64,000 nt of DNA from Octopus vulgaris (lineage: Eukaryota): assembly GCA_951406725.2 (NCBI GenBank), contig OX597815.1:174716001-174780000 (forward strand). The letters are read 5' to 3'. Each line of letters begins with the position of its first letter. Position 1 is the first letter of the stretch. Positions 62,762-64,000 of the stretch are shown piece by piece. The translations under genes were made by a program, and so were the position numbers. The notes beneath the pieces are model-generated. The model searched no databases, was not told the origin of the DNA, and worked only from the letters and a program-made list of their open reading frames with translations.

Positions 62762-64000
62762 GTAAGTGAACTTGCAAAAGTTAGTTTTCATTTTCATTTT
62801 CATAAACATACTTTTTATTCTCTTCATGTTTTTTTTGAAAAAAGAATCAATTTATTAAATGTAATACTATGATCTTTATTTAAAATTGATTTTCAGAATA
62901 TTATTATTTTAGAGTGAGATATATATATAGAAAATTAAATTACTCTTTCTATGGTGTGCTGCATAATTTTTGTGCATATGGCTTTTTTATGGCTTACTCA
63001 AAAGAAGGGCATCATCCATGATCTTTTTGCAGGATGAGTATAACTGATGACTTGTGGTTTATTCTGAGCCACAGACCTAGAATCTATACGTTTGCAACAA
63101 ATTAGATTGTTAATGGCATCCAAGGATCATATGGTTAATGTACACTGTCCTCTAAATTAATTCTACCATCCAAGAACAGGCATAGTTCTTCTGATGCATA
63201 TCTGCATGATTTCAGTTTATCCAGTTTCACTCAAAGGAATTTGGTTGAATTAAGGATATGGTAGATAACACTTGCCCAAGGTGCTGCATAGTGGAATCAA
63301 AATGTGTGATTGCCAATTGAACTTCTTAACCACACTGCCATATCATTGCCCTCAGTCTACACCAGATGATTAATTCCAGATATCTGTATTGATTTTTTTC
63401 AATCTTACTATAGAGCCTATATAACCTTGATTAGGCTAGAATGAAACCCAATTAAATCATAATCATGTTTGTATAGTTGTAAGACCCATTTCCTCTATGT
63501 ATGGGTTTTAACAGTATTTTACAGTAAGATTATATATATATATATATATATATATATAAGAAAATAAGATGATGAAGGAATAAACGATTATCCTATGAAC
63601 TGCATTAGCTTACAGCTGTTTCTGCTGTAAAATGCAGTGGACTCATAGTTGAGTGTTTAACATCTTATAGCTTCATTGGAGCCTTGAATAGTTAGAGCAA
63701 ATTAACTCATTGATGTATAGCTCTATGGTACATTATCTAATCCTTGATTATAAGATGAGATTGTTTTTTATTTCTTTCAACTTTTTAATGATTATTCATC
63801 AACGAAGAACCTCTGTTTTATGTAATGAATTGATTATTTTATATTTCATTAGTTTTTTTTCTTGTTACACTTTTAAATCACACTCAAATCATTATTGTTA
63901 ATATTAGTATATTCTTAACTAATTGTGAAATATTCTCACTATTAAAAGCATATTCATTTCACATTTTTGCAATGGTTATGTGAAAAATCTCTGTTTTGAA

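Overview
This is AT-rich eukaryotic genomic DNA, most likely from an octopod cephalopod, judged from recalled Octopus-type tRNA-derived SINEs, RTE LINE tails and (TA)n/(CA)n runs. Most of the supplied ORF track is noise. There are two spliced + strand protein genes: the last four coding exons of ER alpha-1,2-mannosidase MAN1B1 (5880-9610) and the first 13 coding exons of ARMC8 (42170-62761, continuing past the window). Between them, in a stretch with no credible ORF, is a candidate non-coding snoRNA host gene starting near 29070 with a TATA box and a 5'-TOP/TCT start. Its introns carry six clear box C/D snoRNAs and two box H/ACA snoRNAs. Four of the C/D guides match SNORD79, SNORD74, SNORD81 and SNORD76, all hosted by GAS5 in vertebrates; SNORD65-like and SNORA10-like RNAs are also present, followed by several unidentified structured blocks. 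The rest is transposon debris: a Tx1/L1-type LINE with a 14-bp TSD, RTE and CR1-like fragments, Helitrons, a Tc1/mariner remnant, piggyBac- and hAT-type MITEs, a Gypsy-derived inverted repeat and many SINEs. snoRNA family names rest on recalled rRNA and human snoRNA sequences and need confirmation with Rfam/Infernal.
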